Origin: a virus
Strand: one strand, 5' to 3'
Virus record (IMG/VR): IMGVR_UViG_3300025701_000006
Span: 14,328-78,327 of that record
Length of the DNA: 64,000 nucleotides
Below are positions 21,901 through 30,958 of this stretch, one piece after another. The position numbers and the translations under genes are program-made. The first letter of the stretch is position 1, and each line of letters begins with the position of its first letter. The notes under the pieces are model-generated. The model was given only the letters and a program-made list of their open reading frames with translations, searched no databases and was not told where the DNA came from.

Positions 21901-24227
21901 CCTAAATCTGTAATTGCGCTTTTAACGTTAGCAGGGACAGAATTAATAGTGTCTGCTTTAGTCTTTTCTTCTAGAGACTGTCGTATCGACTTACGAACTA
22001 TTTTACCTGTAAGTTGGGTATTTTTGTTTTCACGAACAAACTGTTCAAGTCCGTCTAAAATTCTGTTGTATACAGCTTCTCCAGCCTCTTTTTGTTCTTT
22101 AGGTGAAGAGTCAATAACGTATTTAGTAGCGTTAATTTCATCTATATCATCTAGTAAAGCACCTACATTGTTTGCGGTAACCCCTTCTTTAGCAGTAGTA
22201 TTTGCCACTCTAGTTAATAAAGCTTTGTAAGCATTTTTGTCTGATACTATAGTATCTTCTGATAACGTTTCGTTAACGTCAGTATTAGGCAGTGTGCCTG
22301 GTACATTACCTTTAGCGGTGTTGCCAGTAATAGGCTGATTACCTTGCCCAAACATACCAAACCCAGTACGTAAAGAACCTACAGCCTCAAACTGCCCAGC
22401 ACCACCTGCACCTAGTAAAGCAGCAATACCTGCTTCTGTTGTGTTTCTCTCATCTGTAATAAAGTCAGTAAACGTTTCAACATCTTTAAATAGTTCTGTA
22501 CCAAACCTAGTGTTAAATAGCTCCATCATTGTTTGTGAGTATTCTTGAGCAGCTTCTACTGTGGCTAATGCACCTGACTTAATTACTCCTTTACCCATCA
22601 TAAGAGTAGCATTTGCAAATTGTTTATTGGTTAGGTCTTTTATAGCAGGGGCTATAGAGGTAAGGATCCCTGGATTCTTTATTATATTTATATTAACAAA
22701 TTTATCTAGGTTCTGATTAAGCAGTTGTACACCTAAACTTCTTGCAAAGTAACTAGCTTTATCCTCACTATTTAATTCATTCCCATTATTATTCTTTACA
22801 AACTGTTCGTACTGATTGTTTACGTTACCTATAGCTGCTGTTAATTGTCCAGACTGGCTTACTAAAAGACTTTTAGCTCCATCTGTACTAGCCAGAGCTT
22901 TTAATTTTTCTGCTCTGCCTTGTCCCTTGGTGATTTTATTAGTATTTACAGCTTCTTCAATACTTTTAACAGTTTTACTATATTTTGTACCTGCACCTAG
23001 CAGGTTTAAAAACTTACCTGGACTAATCCAAGCTAAAAGAGCACCTAGGCTAGTCCCAAGCAATTCTGGGGTAGTGTAAATTTCTCCTAGTGCGCTAAAC
23101 GCAGCACCTACTTTGTCTATCGTAGATGCTTCTTTATCTACCAATACGTCGTAGTAACCACCAACACTTTCGACGGTTTCTTGTAGATTTTTTGGGTCAT
23201 AACCAAAGAAACTGTTTACAGCAGAAGCTTTACTTTCTTGGTCACCAAGGTCATAAAGCCCTGTAAAGTCACCTAAAGCATCTAAAGGATTTACCGCTAG
23301 TTCAGACACAAAAGTAGCGCCAAAGCCTGAAAAAGCATTGCCAACTCTGTTTATGGCCTCTACAACCTTGTTTGTTTCCATAGTAGGTTCATAGTAACTA
23401 GGTTGCTTAAGGTCTGAAGCGTCTGTACTTTCTACAGGTTCAGCACCTCCTCCTTTAACTATTGCCATAGCTTTATTAAAACCAGCAATGACTTTTTCTT
23501 TATCTACTTTTTCAATATCATACGACTGGTTAGCCAAAGATTCTCTATTTATGTAGTACTCACTAGAGCCACTACCAAACAGTGCATCTTTTTCTTCTTT
23601 GGTTATTGTACGAATACCTTGAGGAGAGTTATAATCGTATAGACCATCTTTTCTGCCTCTAATAACTCTGTTATTAAAGTTATTTAAATTTGTGTGGTTT
23701 AAGCTTTCAAAAGCCTGTGCGGCGTATTTTTGAAGGTTGTCATCATACCTTTTATCATTTACATCAACACCAGCGGTACCTGAGCTCCACCCTTGTTCTT
23801 TTCCTGCTCTGATTAAGCCTTCTTCTTCCGCTTTCCCAGGAATGTAACGATAGTCAGATGAATTAAACCTGCCAGAAGATAAGCCAAGCTTTACAGGATC
23901 GTAGTTTTCTGGAGTAAAAGCCTGCGCAGGATCTATTGCTTTGCCTTCTTCTTTTACACCGTACATATAAGATCTACGGTCATTTCGACTAGAGTCTGGT
24001 AAAGAATACCCTTCCCTAACTAAGTCATTTAAAAACCCCATTTCATCTTTAGACCAGTCTTCAGAAATACCCCAAATCTTGTTCCCATTATTTTCTATGT
24101 ACCCATCACCTAGGTCCGTGTAAGTACTAGAATCAAGAGACTCAGAGGCATAACTACGCTCTGATAGATTTGCAATTTTTTCTTCTTTGCTCTTAGAAAT
24201 ACGGGAGAGTTTATCGGTAAATGACAT
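15939..24227 (-). CDS. Virion-encapsidated single-subunit RNA polymerase (N4 gp50-like), 2762 aa
   Basis: T7-family motifs: NNRF..PQTDKLHR, motif A EFDSLTSG, motif B RALFKDPFMIFNY, motif C IHDAI. ATG at 24227 after AAGGA. Confidence 0.9.
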   Translation of the reverse strand: MSFTDKLSRISKSKEEKIANLSERSYASESLDSSTYTDLGDGYIENNGNKIWGISEDWSKDEMGFLNDLVREGYSLPDSSRNDRRSYMYGVKEEGKAIDPAQAFTPENYDPVKLGLSSGRFNSSDYRYIPGKAEEEGLIRAGKEQGWSSGTAGVDVNDKRYDDNLQKYAAQAFESLNHTNLNNFNNRVIRGRKDGLYDYNSPQGIRTITKEEKDALFGSGSSEYYINRESLANQSYDIEKVDKEKVIAGFNKAMAIVKGGGAEPVESTDASDLKQPSYYEPTMETNKVVEAINRVGNAFSGFGATFVSELAVNPLDALGDFTGLYDLGDQESKASAVNSFFGYDPKNLQETVESVGGYYDVLVDKEASTIDKVGAAFSALGEIYTTPELLGTSLGALLAWISPGKFLNLLGAGTKYSKTVKSIEEAVNTNKITKGQGRAEKLKALASTDGAKSLLVSQSGQLTAAIGNVNNQYEQFVKNNNGNELNSEDKASYFARSLGVQLLNQNLDKFVNINIIKNPGILTSIAPAIKDLTNKQFANATLMMGKGVIKSGALATVEAAQEYSQTMMELFNTRFGTELFKDVETFTDFITDERNTTEAGIAALLGAGGAGQFEAVGSLRTGFGMFGQGNQPITGNTAKGNVPGTLPNTDVNETLSEDTIVSDKNAYKALLTRVANTTAKEGVTANNVGALLDDIDEINATKYVIDSSPKEQKEAGEAVYNRILDGLEQFVRENKNTQLTGKIVRKSIRQSLEEKTKADTINSVPANVKSAITDLGKVLGDGNDVTAEKAFDSIVSTFKSGSYSNSSIEPNSVAPELVALESALTGKTSQTLEETYDVIQDFVRNNSIENFTAVENSTTTSGNVLGSAPNLDEEQKEYTDYTRSVDAERIVNTLLGSGRSYDEAFTTTMKSFATRNNVSVERYDSLVKSYTTVEDEATKGSTGYAARISRLKGLLESSNPNKKAINSEMVALSRINSSVSASVTSLNRGIEEAKRVAADLNKKPLTSKKTQYVKTEYNKYNNKTKKYDDPYLITVEFKNGKMVPNIKGAKDLIARKSVYLKDIKREMQTISSNASFKTDDISVMSGSITIPVKEGRSKTARKADTSYLSSVSKVLNDLNKKVSEVNKVILGKDTTAKWALKGDYYKSNSFLINNEEFSADDVVLINSVGTKSIKKGFKVPDLGVEGEASLVAAMEAGATIVLDSDLVQGKLTKEVALGKEALLKKIKDKGYAILKDKSRHILIKETADNKKALRNYKEKLEKSNTAAQFREDNKEALVTLYRSIETSIDSVTGEALTDEAKAAAKKEYSTLFDTVKDNSFSSKSDRLTSFLERRFIDDVKNEAEAVLGATDPDPIAFKDKALEAGVTKYIEAQEEKGKAGKQALKDWQGIIDQDLSFDKKEKAVSRLLESIGNTSKSVINSILGEKSFSKNKKDLYEILFLKSKTGEVVVKLSRDPLSDKAIEGYEAANKGRGTIFYGNEHIFLGTRKVVQDAGKLVKADKTTVLNSLSFDNLPYAIKTAANKFVTAADKSLAKVSEAELSDQTDIRVNGKFLPGNLFLHNSPARGLVFNNKGKPNKEVLAAMYLAIGEMAANDKAKVSRGYKSDEDIATMLGLQPHEVTKEMRDFARDNGALLKTVANSLGKATLKQLGLSKKKNSTTSSAEYEALLADLGNMAVLIAQEQGILDSTSPSSNDIARLFKDGEVREIETKTFFIHLKDRPVRQGNFTNNALTEEVTAFVEKYEGAVKGFPEATTERKEPSFSPLTKDRINKAVSEVRNDIAGITVPEEAKETMKLAMETEYGIDVNLVDEFLEAVDADESNIKTLLGFIDLTSDKFDSLFYDEKEVQEAKNRDIEKSIDELRLLREKMDRVGNLDPSMHYPYFYASNNRFMLDSNTTQPQTDKLHRFFIVPKLHRLTYDVNTNTEGGLEFNVEGVSDPLDADQSFTVRLALGQALGKGVDKMDVKDIIDYGNAVLSMNKAEIAEAKKSIMSTGKFTIETLNTEVTGDANTDSSSDADPADMKGIEYELEAEHLSHALQALDFLEKVQDALTGNGKVTSALSLEFDSLTSGFANKIQQMPILDDMHSHFARVGIITKSYQDVLLQSSFKGDGIPFDPSQGMSAADILAAGKKGEIGFLDSYENMATDTITLVNEEVTSGSTSLTVSRGEGRSGSKVFEAIKQLLPGGETIGSSGVASSIDKKLRALFKDPFMIFNYSASVGRIVKNLSISVAKDIAKGIATSDFENDLTAKETAEKLLAAGGEFLYPKSDKKIKNILELQQALKDFRLKDIKLKVPLVISQTRKGTNTARNLEQLLEFTVSATYGEAVKTVFETNFKPFIKVQNAINDGFKVAFRIFDKKRVDKLKDIQKRNPNNVVTLEDHAKVLEELWDDFPYLVGPLTGAKEKKAVIAVVTTSTRSPNEIELSRKKPQTMLGEGKNTKTRTVTPLVRYLEEAISSGSVLPFHAIDGAEISLMMNDLQLRALTLIHDAIIAPLNQSDNAGFAYQKGMETINSEGNPSDINSKKNYVLAEALQEFANRLEKTISSTTFSKDFEKVTALGLKAADPKVKEAFPALAKSVLGNLKTEISGIKKARELWYGENGLMEGAYYGNLVGTPGAVYQKGMTSADLSYKNALKNMYKAVKLDVPVDRSAEKAAELKKVFEAAPRALLKELNKRLGVDNVNADNVIEDIIQNPEKADKLIAYYNNRKTKITNKTVVEAINKVIDGLSMVKSSVQSKIVDELSSVSDVDSLVSALEKIEGCK

Positions 24228-24257
24228 TAAAAAATCCTTAGTAGGTAATCTACAGGT

Positions 24258-24266
24258 ATTATAACA
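24258..24266 (-). promoter_or_regulatory. Extended -10 promoter for the vRNAP gene
   Basis: TGTTATAAT about 30 nt upstream of the ATG. Confidence 0.6.
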
Positions 24267-24305
24267 CAAAAACCCCCTAGTTCCATATAGAGACTAAGGG
24301 GTTTA
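24267..24305 (-). terminator. Intrinsic terminator after the gp51-like gene
   Basis: AAACCCCTTAGT...ACTAGGGGGTTTTT on the - strand. Confidence 0.7.
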
Positions 24306-24322
24306 GCAAACAGCAAATTTAG

Positions 24323-26386
24323 TTACCTAATATTACCGGACGCTAAAGACTGTGCACGAGTAGGAGGACCAACAATAGGACTAGCATTAGAAGTCCTACG
24401 GACTAGTGCAGGTATCTCAAAAGTGGCCTCTTGCTGACGGGCTGTTCTAGCCGCTGCTTGTGCCGGAGTAGGAGGTCCGTAAGTATTACCCCCCTTAGCC
24501 CCTGTTCTATTAAACGCTCTATTACGACTAGCAGTATTTAGTTTAGCCCGTAACCCACCAATAAAACTACTAATAGCCGCAGGATTTTTAAAACCGTTAT
24601 AAAGGCCCATAAAACCGTTAAATGCTTTACGACCCCCATATACGTTCATAATGGGAGTACTCAGAACTAATGCTTGTTCCTCTTCTGTAGGAAGTGTAAG
24701 TTCATATCTACTTCCATCAGCGAAAACAGGATCAATATTACCTGATTGTACATCAGCTACTATTTTTTCAATTCTGTCTTTAGTTAATGGCTGTTCAGTA
24801 CCATATGTCATGTTTAAAGCATCTATATTTTCTTTAACTGATAAATCTGTACTTCCGGCAACATTGGCAAACTCGTATAGATTAGCTAAAGCGTCTCTAT
24901 CAGAATTAGGTCTGATGCTTAAATCACTTAAAGTTGTAAGATTATTAGGTTTTGTCGGTTTTACGTTTGAAAGTATCTGTTTAAGCTCTAAAGCGTTAAC
25001 TACAGCAGTATCAGGATTTTTTCCTTGTTGTACTGCTTCTTGGCGTGTTTTAGTGATTTCCGCTGGAGTAAGAACTGCCTCCCTGTTTTTAGGAGTAGGT
25101 AAAGAAGCATCCACAGTAGATGAACCACTATCAGTAGATTCTGAAGTTGTAGGCACTCTTATAGGAAATCCTAGTGCTTGAGGCATTAAGTCTCTTAAAC
25201 CACCAGTAAACGCAGCCCTATTAGTGTTTACGTAATCAGGTGCAGCTACTACCTCAGGCATAAAACTATCAACAAGCTCTTCACGAGTAAGCTCACCGTT
25301 TGAATTTTCTAGTTTTTGTATGCCTTTAGCAAAAGATGTAAAAGCATCCGAGCTGCCTTTCGGACTCTTAAAAAAGCCTACTGAAACAAAGTCTTTTAAA
25401 GAATTTTTTGCAATAGATGGGTTTACGCCTGCGTTTACAGCGTCTTTATACATGTTTAAAAGTGTAATATCATCAAGAGGACCTGCATCAATTTCTTCTG
25501 CAATGTAATTACTTACATCTAGTTCACTTGTTTTTTTATCTCCAAATTTATTTTCTTTTGATTTATTAGCATTCCATACTTTAAAAGATATATCTGCAAG
25601 CTTATTAGCTTGCGTTTGTTGAGCCTTTTGCGCAGCAACAGCTAGTTTTGTCAAATTTGCCGTACTTTCATACCCCATAGACAATTTATCAGCAGTAGTA
25701 CTGGCTACTTGAGGAGATACCCCTTTAGAAAGTAAATCGTTATAGATTCTAATATTTTCATTTTCACGATACACAGGCTTATTTGATACTACGTAGTTAT
25801 CAAACTCTTTATTAAAATTAGCTAGTTGCTCATTAAAACTGGTATAGTCTTCTTTTGATATTTCACCGTTTTTGTAGTAATCCTGAATAGCTGCTAACGG
25901 ATCTTCAGGCAAGTCTGCTTGAGTAGGAGAAAAATCTTCTCCATCATCTCCAAACATGCCGCGTATTGCCTTTAATTCATTACTATTGTTAATCTGATTA
26001 ATAAAGAAGTTGTTTGCAAGAGTTTTTGCACCTTCAGCTCTACCTTGTTCAAGAATAGTTTTAAGCTCAATGTCATTATCTATTGCTGCATTTGCCGCAC
26101 TTTTTCTGTCAAACATGCTCAGGTTACTAAGTGCTGCTCTTTCTGCTTGTTCTCCAGCTAGTTTAGCATTGTACATGTCAGTTTGTCGCTTATCTAAACG
26201 CTTTTGTCTAGCTATTTCATCATTATACCTAGTAGTTTGACGCTGTTCTAAAAGGTTTTGACGGCTAAGTTGGTCTTGATACCGTTTTTCGTCAGCTTCT
26301 CTGTCTTTTCTTTGGTTGCCTTGCTTCCTATAACCACTAGCTATATCACTAAGAAGGCGACTGGTCGATTCAAAAGGGTCTATCAT
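24323..26386 (-). CDS. Internal virion/ejection protein (N4 gp51 position)
   Basis: 687 aa, helical, no Cys seen, immediately upstream of vRNAP. Confidence 0.6.
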   Translation of the reverse strand: MIDPFESTSRLLSDIASGYRKQGNQRKDREADEKRYQDQLSRQNLLEQRQTTRYNDEIARQKRLDKRQTDMYNAKLAGEQAERAALSNLSMFDRKSAANAAIDNDIELKTILEQGRAEGAKTLANNFFINQINNSNELKAIRGMFGDDGEDFSPTQADLPEDPLAAIQDYYKNGEISKEDYTSFNEQLANFNKEFDNYVVSNKPVYRENENIRIYNDLLSKGVSPQVASTTADKLSMGYESTANLTKLAVAAQKAQQTQANKLADISFKVWNANKSKENKFGDKKTSELDVSNYIAEEIDAGPLDDITLLNMYKDAVNAGVNPSIAKNSLKDFVSVGFFKSPKGSSDAFTSFAKGIQKLENSNGELTREELVDSFMPEVVAAPDYVNTNRAAFTGGLRDLMPQALGFPIRVPTTSESTDSGSSTVDASLPTPKNREAVLTPAEITKTRQEAVQQGKNPDTAVVNALELKQILSNVKPTKPNNLTTLSDLSIRPNSDRDALANLYEFANVAGSTDLSVKENIDALNMTYGTEQPLTKDRIEKIVADVQSGNIDPVFADGSRYELTLPTEEEQALVLSTPIMNVYGGRKAFNGFMGLYNGFKNPAAISSFIGGLRAKLNTASRNRAFNRTGAKGGNTYGPPTPAQAAARTARQQEATFEIPALVRRTSNASPIVGPPTRAQSLASGNIR

Positions 26387-26424
26387 AAAAATACCTTAAT
26401 AGTTAATAACTAATAAATTGCGCT

Positions 26425-26865
26425 TTAAATGTTACGTGGTTTGTTTAGGTTAGCTCTTTTGTCAGAGAGAAACTTACGATTGTCTTGAGCATTAGCTAAA
26501 TTAACTTTCCCTAAGGCTAGTTGTTGTTCCATAGCTTTTTTCCTATCACCGTACCCAAGAAGGTTAAGGGCTAAACCACCAATAGTCGCCATGTTGCTGA
26601 TAGCAAACTCGTCTTTAAGCAAATTACCAAAATAGCTATCTTCACCTGGAGGAGCAATTTCCGTACCACCCGTAATTCTTTTTGTATTAGGATCTACTTT
26701 CAGGCCATCCAAAGCGTATGTTTTTCCTCCCATCCCCTCTAAAAGACTATTATCACCATAAGTTACCGCTTGTGCAGGTGTTACGGTACTGGGCTGATAG
26801 TTCATACCTTGCGTAAATGCACTAACCCCAACTGGTTTAGTAAAAAAATCATATTCGTCGTTCAT
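26425..26865 (-). CDS. Small ejection protein (N4 gp52 position)
   Basis: 146 aa, Gly-rich hydrophobic helix followed by coiled coil; synteny. Confidence 0.55.
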   Translation of the reverse strand: MNDEYDFFTKPVGVSAFTQGMNYQPSTVTPAQAVTYGDNSLLEGMGGKTYALDGLKVDPNTKRITGGTEIAPPGEDSYFGNLLKDEFAISNMATIGGLALNLLGYGDRKKAMEQQLALGKVNLANAQDNRKFLSDKRANLNKPRNI

Positions 26866-26908
26866 TTTATTTCCATTATTATAATACTATCAATTATGTT
26901 ACATTATA

Positions 26909-28846
26909 CTATATTATGAATATACCCGCAAATGCTGGGTCATCGTAGTTAGCTTTTCGCATAGCTTGTTTGGTAGTTCTTTGAATATTCCCTATAGCTA
27001 AATTACCACCACCCCTTTCATACGGAAAGTCAAAAACAGCGGCATATATAGACCAATCAGCAGTAGCTGGTTTTGCCTGTATATTTAAATAAGATCGAAA
27101 TAGATCACTTTCTTGTGCAGTATCTTTCATTAAGTCTTCATACTCCGCCTGGACATCTTTAAGCTTGTCGTTAAGAGACTCTAGTTTCATATTTTGTAGC
27201 TTAGTTGTAGTATTAGCCACGGCGCTAACAAACGTAGCTGAAGCATTTGTATTAAAAGTCCCACTAAAGACGTCTTTGGCCCCTTCTATTATATTGTCTA
27301 CAAAACCCTCAGCCGATGATAGTACCATTTCTGCAAGTACTTCACCTATTGTAGCTTCTACCCCTTCCGCTATAACGTCCCCTGCTGCATTTTTAATAGG
27401 TGCTTCTAGGGCCGTTTTTGCGGTCTCGTATGCGTCCAAAAAACCTGTTACGGCAATAACAATTTGGGCGACAATAACTAAAGGTTCTAATGTCTTATTC
27501 GCTTCCACTAGAGCTGAGGCCCATTCTTCAGATCCTACAGAAGAAAGAATAGCAGCTAGTAAATTACTTGCTAATGACACGTACAAAATAGTTTTAGCTA
27601 TAAATATTAAAAGTTTAGCGCCTTTTAAGCCTTTACCTAAAGTAACTACTGTTATAACTATGGCCAATATAATTAAAGCAACAGCTATAGCTTTTTTATA
27701 CCAAGGTACTTTTTTCTTTCTAAAGTCACCATCAATTAACTTGCCCAGGTACGGGCTTAGCTCTTTAAAAGTAAACCCATAAGACCTAGGGGATATAAAC
27801 GGTGCAGTCTTTAGGTAATAAACACCACCATGTGATAACCATAAGGTGTCGAACCTAGAGCTCACTTCTTCAGCAATATCCTCCCATAGCGTGTAAGACC
27901 TAGTTATTACCGCACTATTTGCCTCTAAATCAGTAGAGTCCATAGAAACTATAGCTTTTTTTGTAAGATACCTATTATCTTTTTCTTTGCCTCTATCAGA
28001 GTAAACTCTAGTAAGGTCATTTGCTATATACTCAACTACATTACTTGTAGGTGTAAAATTTTTGTAAGGTATTTCTATGTCTAATACAAAGGTAGTCGAT
28101 GTGTTATCGGCTCGTCCTTCATTTACAGACTCAAAATACGTGTGAGTAGCCATACCTATAATTAATTCTTTAACAGTACAGTCGACATTAGCTATGTCTC
28201 TTAACGCATTTCTCATTAGTGCAGCTAACCAAGGATCATCAGGAGTCAGATCATCGACGTCAGGTATATCGACGTTATGTTCACTATCATGAATAACGCC
28301 TTTATACACTTCTCCTATACCTTCATGCGTTATAGTAACCATGTCCCATAATTCTTCGTAATTATCTATTATGGACTGTATAGCTACGTCTTTTTGCATC
28401 TCTATGTTAATTATTTCTCTAAATCTTTCAGGGTTTTTGTTAGCAAAAGCGTAAGAGTCTATAATTATACTAGATGTAATGGTAAGCCCATCAGGTATTT
28501 CACCATCTTCAGAATTCCACCAAAGCTTATTTAGATTTTCAGAGACAAAATCTACATGTAGACCAGGTATTTCTGTACCATTATTTTTATTAAGGTACAA
28601 CCACGCATCTTCTACACCTTCGTACTGTCCCTCTGTAACCCCGTAATAGGCCCCTATAAATCTAAATAGATTTTCAAAGTTGTCTTCTCTTTGTGCTTCA
28701 GGGTAATAGTACTGACGCCTTTTAAAGACTTCAGTACCATTTACTATTTCAGTGCCCCAACGATTTCTTATTCCATTACAGGTTTTTAAGTTTCCTATAT
28801 ACTCATTTCTAAGAAATTCATTAATGTTAGGTTGGGGCCTTTTCAT
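26909..28846 (-). CDS. Virion protein with transmembrane helices (N4 gp53 position)
   Basis: KKKVPWYKK followed by hydrophobic helices and coiled coil; synteny. Confidence 0.6.
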   Translation of the reverse strand: MKRPQPNINEFLRNEYIGNLKTCNGIRNRWGTEIVNGTEVFKRRQYYYPEAQREDNFENLFRFIGAYYGVTEGQYEGVEDAWLYLNKNNGTEIPGLHVDFVSENLNKLWWNSEDGEIPDGLTITSSIIIDSYAFANKNPERFREIINIEMQKDVAIQSIIDNYEELWDMVTITHEGIGEVYKGVIHDSEHNVDIPDVDDLTPDDPWLAALMRNALRDIANVDCTVKELIIGMATHTYFESVNEGRADNTSTTFVLDIEIPYKNFTPTSNVVEYIANDLTRVYSDRGKEKDNRYLTKKAIVSMDSTDLEANSAVITRSYTLWEDIAEEVSSRFDTLWLSHGGVYYLKTAPFISPRSYGFTFKELSPYLGKLIDGDFRKKKVPWYKKAIAVALIILAIVITVVTLGKGLKGAKLLIFIAKTILYVSLASNLLAAILSSVGSEEWASALVEANKTLEPLVIVAQIVIAVTGFLDAYETAKTALEAPIKNAAGDVIAEGVEATIGEVLAEMVLSSAEGFVDNIIEGAKDVFSGTFNTNASATFVSAVANTTTKLQNMKLESLNDKLKDVQAEYEDLMKDTAQESDLFRSYLNIQAKPATADWSIYAAVFDFPYERGGGNLAIGNIQRTTKQAMRKANYDDPAFAGIFII

Positions 28847-28860
28847 GTAATATTACCTTA

Positions 28861-29718
28861 TTAATTAGAAGTAGTTGCGTTCTGCAGCTGTCCAACTAAC
28901 TCTTTTACGGATGTAAGTAACTCTTTTTCTACAGACCCATCATTAAATAGTAAGACTTCAGAAGCAAGTGCTGTACCTACCATAGAAGAAGCTCCAGTAA
29001 GTGCGTTAGCCCATGCGTTATACGTATAACCTTTAGCCTGTTCTATAGCAATATCTTGTTGACTATCACTAAGAGTTTTATGAGTAGGGTCACCCCTAGT
29101 TACTGTAGTGATACCAGAACTAGATACGCCGCCATAGGTATAATGCCCGTAATTAGTGTAAGTATCCGCAACAATTTTATGTACTGCTGCATGAGATTCT
29201 GTAATTTTCTGATTTAAAAGTAAATCTTCTGTTGTGGCTTTAGCTATTTGTTTATCAGTAAGCTCTATATCTTTAGCTACCTTACCGTCATCTAATAGAG
29301 ACAGCAAGTTATCTTCGGTGTCAAATACAGCAGTACCGTACACTCTTTTAGACTCTACTTTAGCCAGACGTGTAGCATTAGATATTTGCTCTCCTTGAGC
29401 AGCTTTTACACTTATCTCTTCTTCTAGTATATCTAGTTGTTTTGCTAGCTCTAGTTTCTTAAGTGCTACTTCTTTTTCCGCATTAGCCCAAGACATAGCA
29501 GTGCTCATACTAGAACTCGTGATATTGTTAATAATACCACCCACTACACTACTAATAATTTCTGCTTTTTGCGCTTCATCAATAGCGCCACTAGTAACTA
29601 GGTCCTCAATGGTTTCTTTTGCACGTATGTAAGCAGAATTGCCTGCTAGAGATTGCTGTACGAGAATTTCGTACTTCTCAGCTACGTCTAAATCGTTTGT
29701 AACAGTTATAGTTGCCAT
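28861..29718 (-). CDS. Structural protein (N4 gp54-like)
   Basis: Helical, coiled-coil; resembles the adjacent 237-aa protein; synteny. Confidence 0.55.
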   Translation of the reverse strand: MATITVTNDLDVAEKYEILVQQSLAGNSAYIRAKETIEDLVTSGAIDEAQKAEIISSVVGGIINNITSSSMSTAMSWANAEKEVALKKLELAKQLDILEEEISVKAAQGEQISNATRLAKVESKRVYGTAVFDTEDNLLSLLDDGKVAKDIELTDKQIAKATTEDLLLNQKITESHAAVHKIVADTYTNYGHYTYGGVSSSGITTVTRGDPTHKTLSDSQQDIAIEQAKGYTYNAWANALTGASSMVGTALASEVLLFNDGSVEKELLTSVKELVGQLQNATTSN

Positions 29719-29727
29719 TTGGTTATC

Positions 29728-30441
29728 CTATGGTTCGTATCTAGGTGTGTAAAGAGAGTTAGGGTTGCTTTGTCTTTCTGCTTCGGCAAGTTTTGTAGAG
29801 TTATCTAGGCCTAACTTAGTAGCTTGTTTGTCTTTTAATACTCTATCTACATAAGCTGTTTTAAGCTGTGCGTCAGCAAGCAACTGCTGTTTATCAGCCG
29901 TTTCTTTTTCTTCGTCTAAAAGAATACGCTGCTTAGCCGTAGTTTCTAGCTTATCAGTTAGTTCGGTATCATTACGAACAGTAGCTGCTAATATTTCTGT
30001 TTTTTGTGCAGTTTTTATTTCTTCTTCTGTATCTAGTAAGATACGTTGTTTGGTTCCTGTAGCCTCTTGCTCTAACATACCACGCTCAGTTACATCAATG
30101 TCTTTTGTAAGTTTATCTCTTTGAAGAGGTAAAATACTTGCTACTTCAAAAGTCTTAGCCAACAACTCTTGCTGTGCTATATCTAGTTGCTTTGCTTTTA
30201 GGGCGTTGTCTGCAATTACACCGTCTACCTGAGCCTCTGTAAGCTCTTCTTGCATAGCAAACTGAATACTCTGAGATAGTGCAGCCTGTAAGCTACCTAA
30301 GTACACTGTGGCGTAGTCAGAGCCTGTAATTCTATTGCTAAGGTACTGAGTTTCGATCTGACCATTAATGCTTTCCATTAACTTATCAAAAACTCCGGTA
30401 CCTCCAGAATTAGTTATATCATCTACATTAATGTCAGCCAT
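29728..30441 (-). CDS. Structural protein (N4 gp67/gp54 family)
   Basis: GTGVFDKLM...RITGSDYATVYLG N-terminal signature as recalled for this family. Confidence 0.7.
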   Translation of the reverse strand: MADINVDDITNSGGTGVFDKLMESINGQIETQYLSNRITGSDYATVYLGSLQAALSQSIQFAMQEELTEAQVDGVIADNALKAKQLDIAQQELLAKTFEVASILPLQRDKLTKDIDVTERGMLEQEATGTKQRILLDTEEEIKTAQKTEILAATVRNDTELTDKLETTAKQRILLDEEKETADKQQLLADAQLKTAYVDRVLKDKQATKLGLDNSTKLAEAERQSNPNSLYTPRYEP

Positions 30442-30508
30442 CTGGTTTTCCCTTAAAAATATGTATACATTAAAACGTTTTTATTATACTACATTACTAG
30501 TTTTTAAT

Positions 30509-30955
30509 CTACGGAACAGTAGGCCAGGCTATATCGTCTAAAGACCTTTCTTTTCCTGTAAAAGTACTAGGTAAGTCTCTTAGTAGTTGTCTATAGGTTG
30601 CCCATTCCGCTTTTACTTCAGCATTTAAAGGAGAATCCGCTACTTGCGTCCAATCACTAATAGATAGGTAGCTGTCTCGTGCTGTTCTAAATGCTTTATC
30701 AAACTTTTCTTGTCTAAATTTCCAATTTGTAACTTCCCACTCATAAAAGTCGTTAGGTTTTTCTGGCATATCTACAAAAGCAAATCCGTTCCAACGTTTG
30801 TTTGCGATGGCTTCGGAGCTAGTGATACTATCAGGCAGAATTTTTACTAAAAGCCCGTCTGCAATGCTACCATCTTTGTACATAGCAGTATCTGAAGGAC
30901 TGACAGTAAAATTAACAGTACCGTCAATAGGGTTTATAAAAGCATATGTAATCAT
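30509..30955 (-). CDS. Tail fibre assembly chaperone
   Basis: R..RD.YL..SDWTQ..DSPL...WATYRQ.LRDLP...WP signature. Confidence 0.85.
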   Translation of the reverse strand: MITYAFINPIDGTVNFTVSPSDTAMYKDGSIADGLLVKILPDSITSSEAIANKRWNGFAFVDMPEKPNDFYEWEVTNWKFRQEKFDKAFRTARDSYLSISDWTQVADSPLNAEVKAEWATYRQLLRDLPSTFTGKERSLDDIAWPTVP

Positions 30956-30958
30956 TAT

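Noticed and set aside
24228-24269. ORF-track N-terminal extension MCYNTCRLPTKDFL of the vRNAP
   Set aside because: It runs through the -10 box and the AAGGA SD; ATG 24227 is the better start, so these two Cys are not counted.
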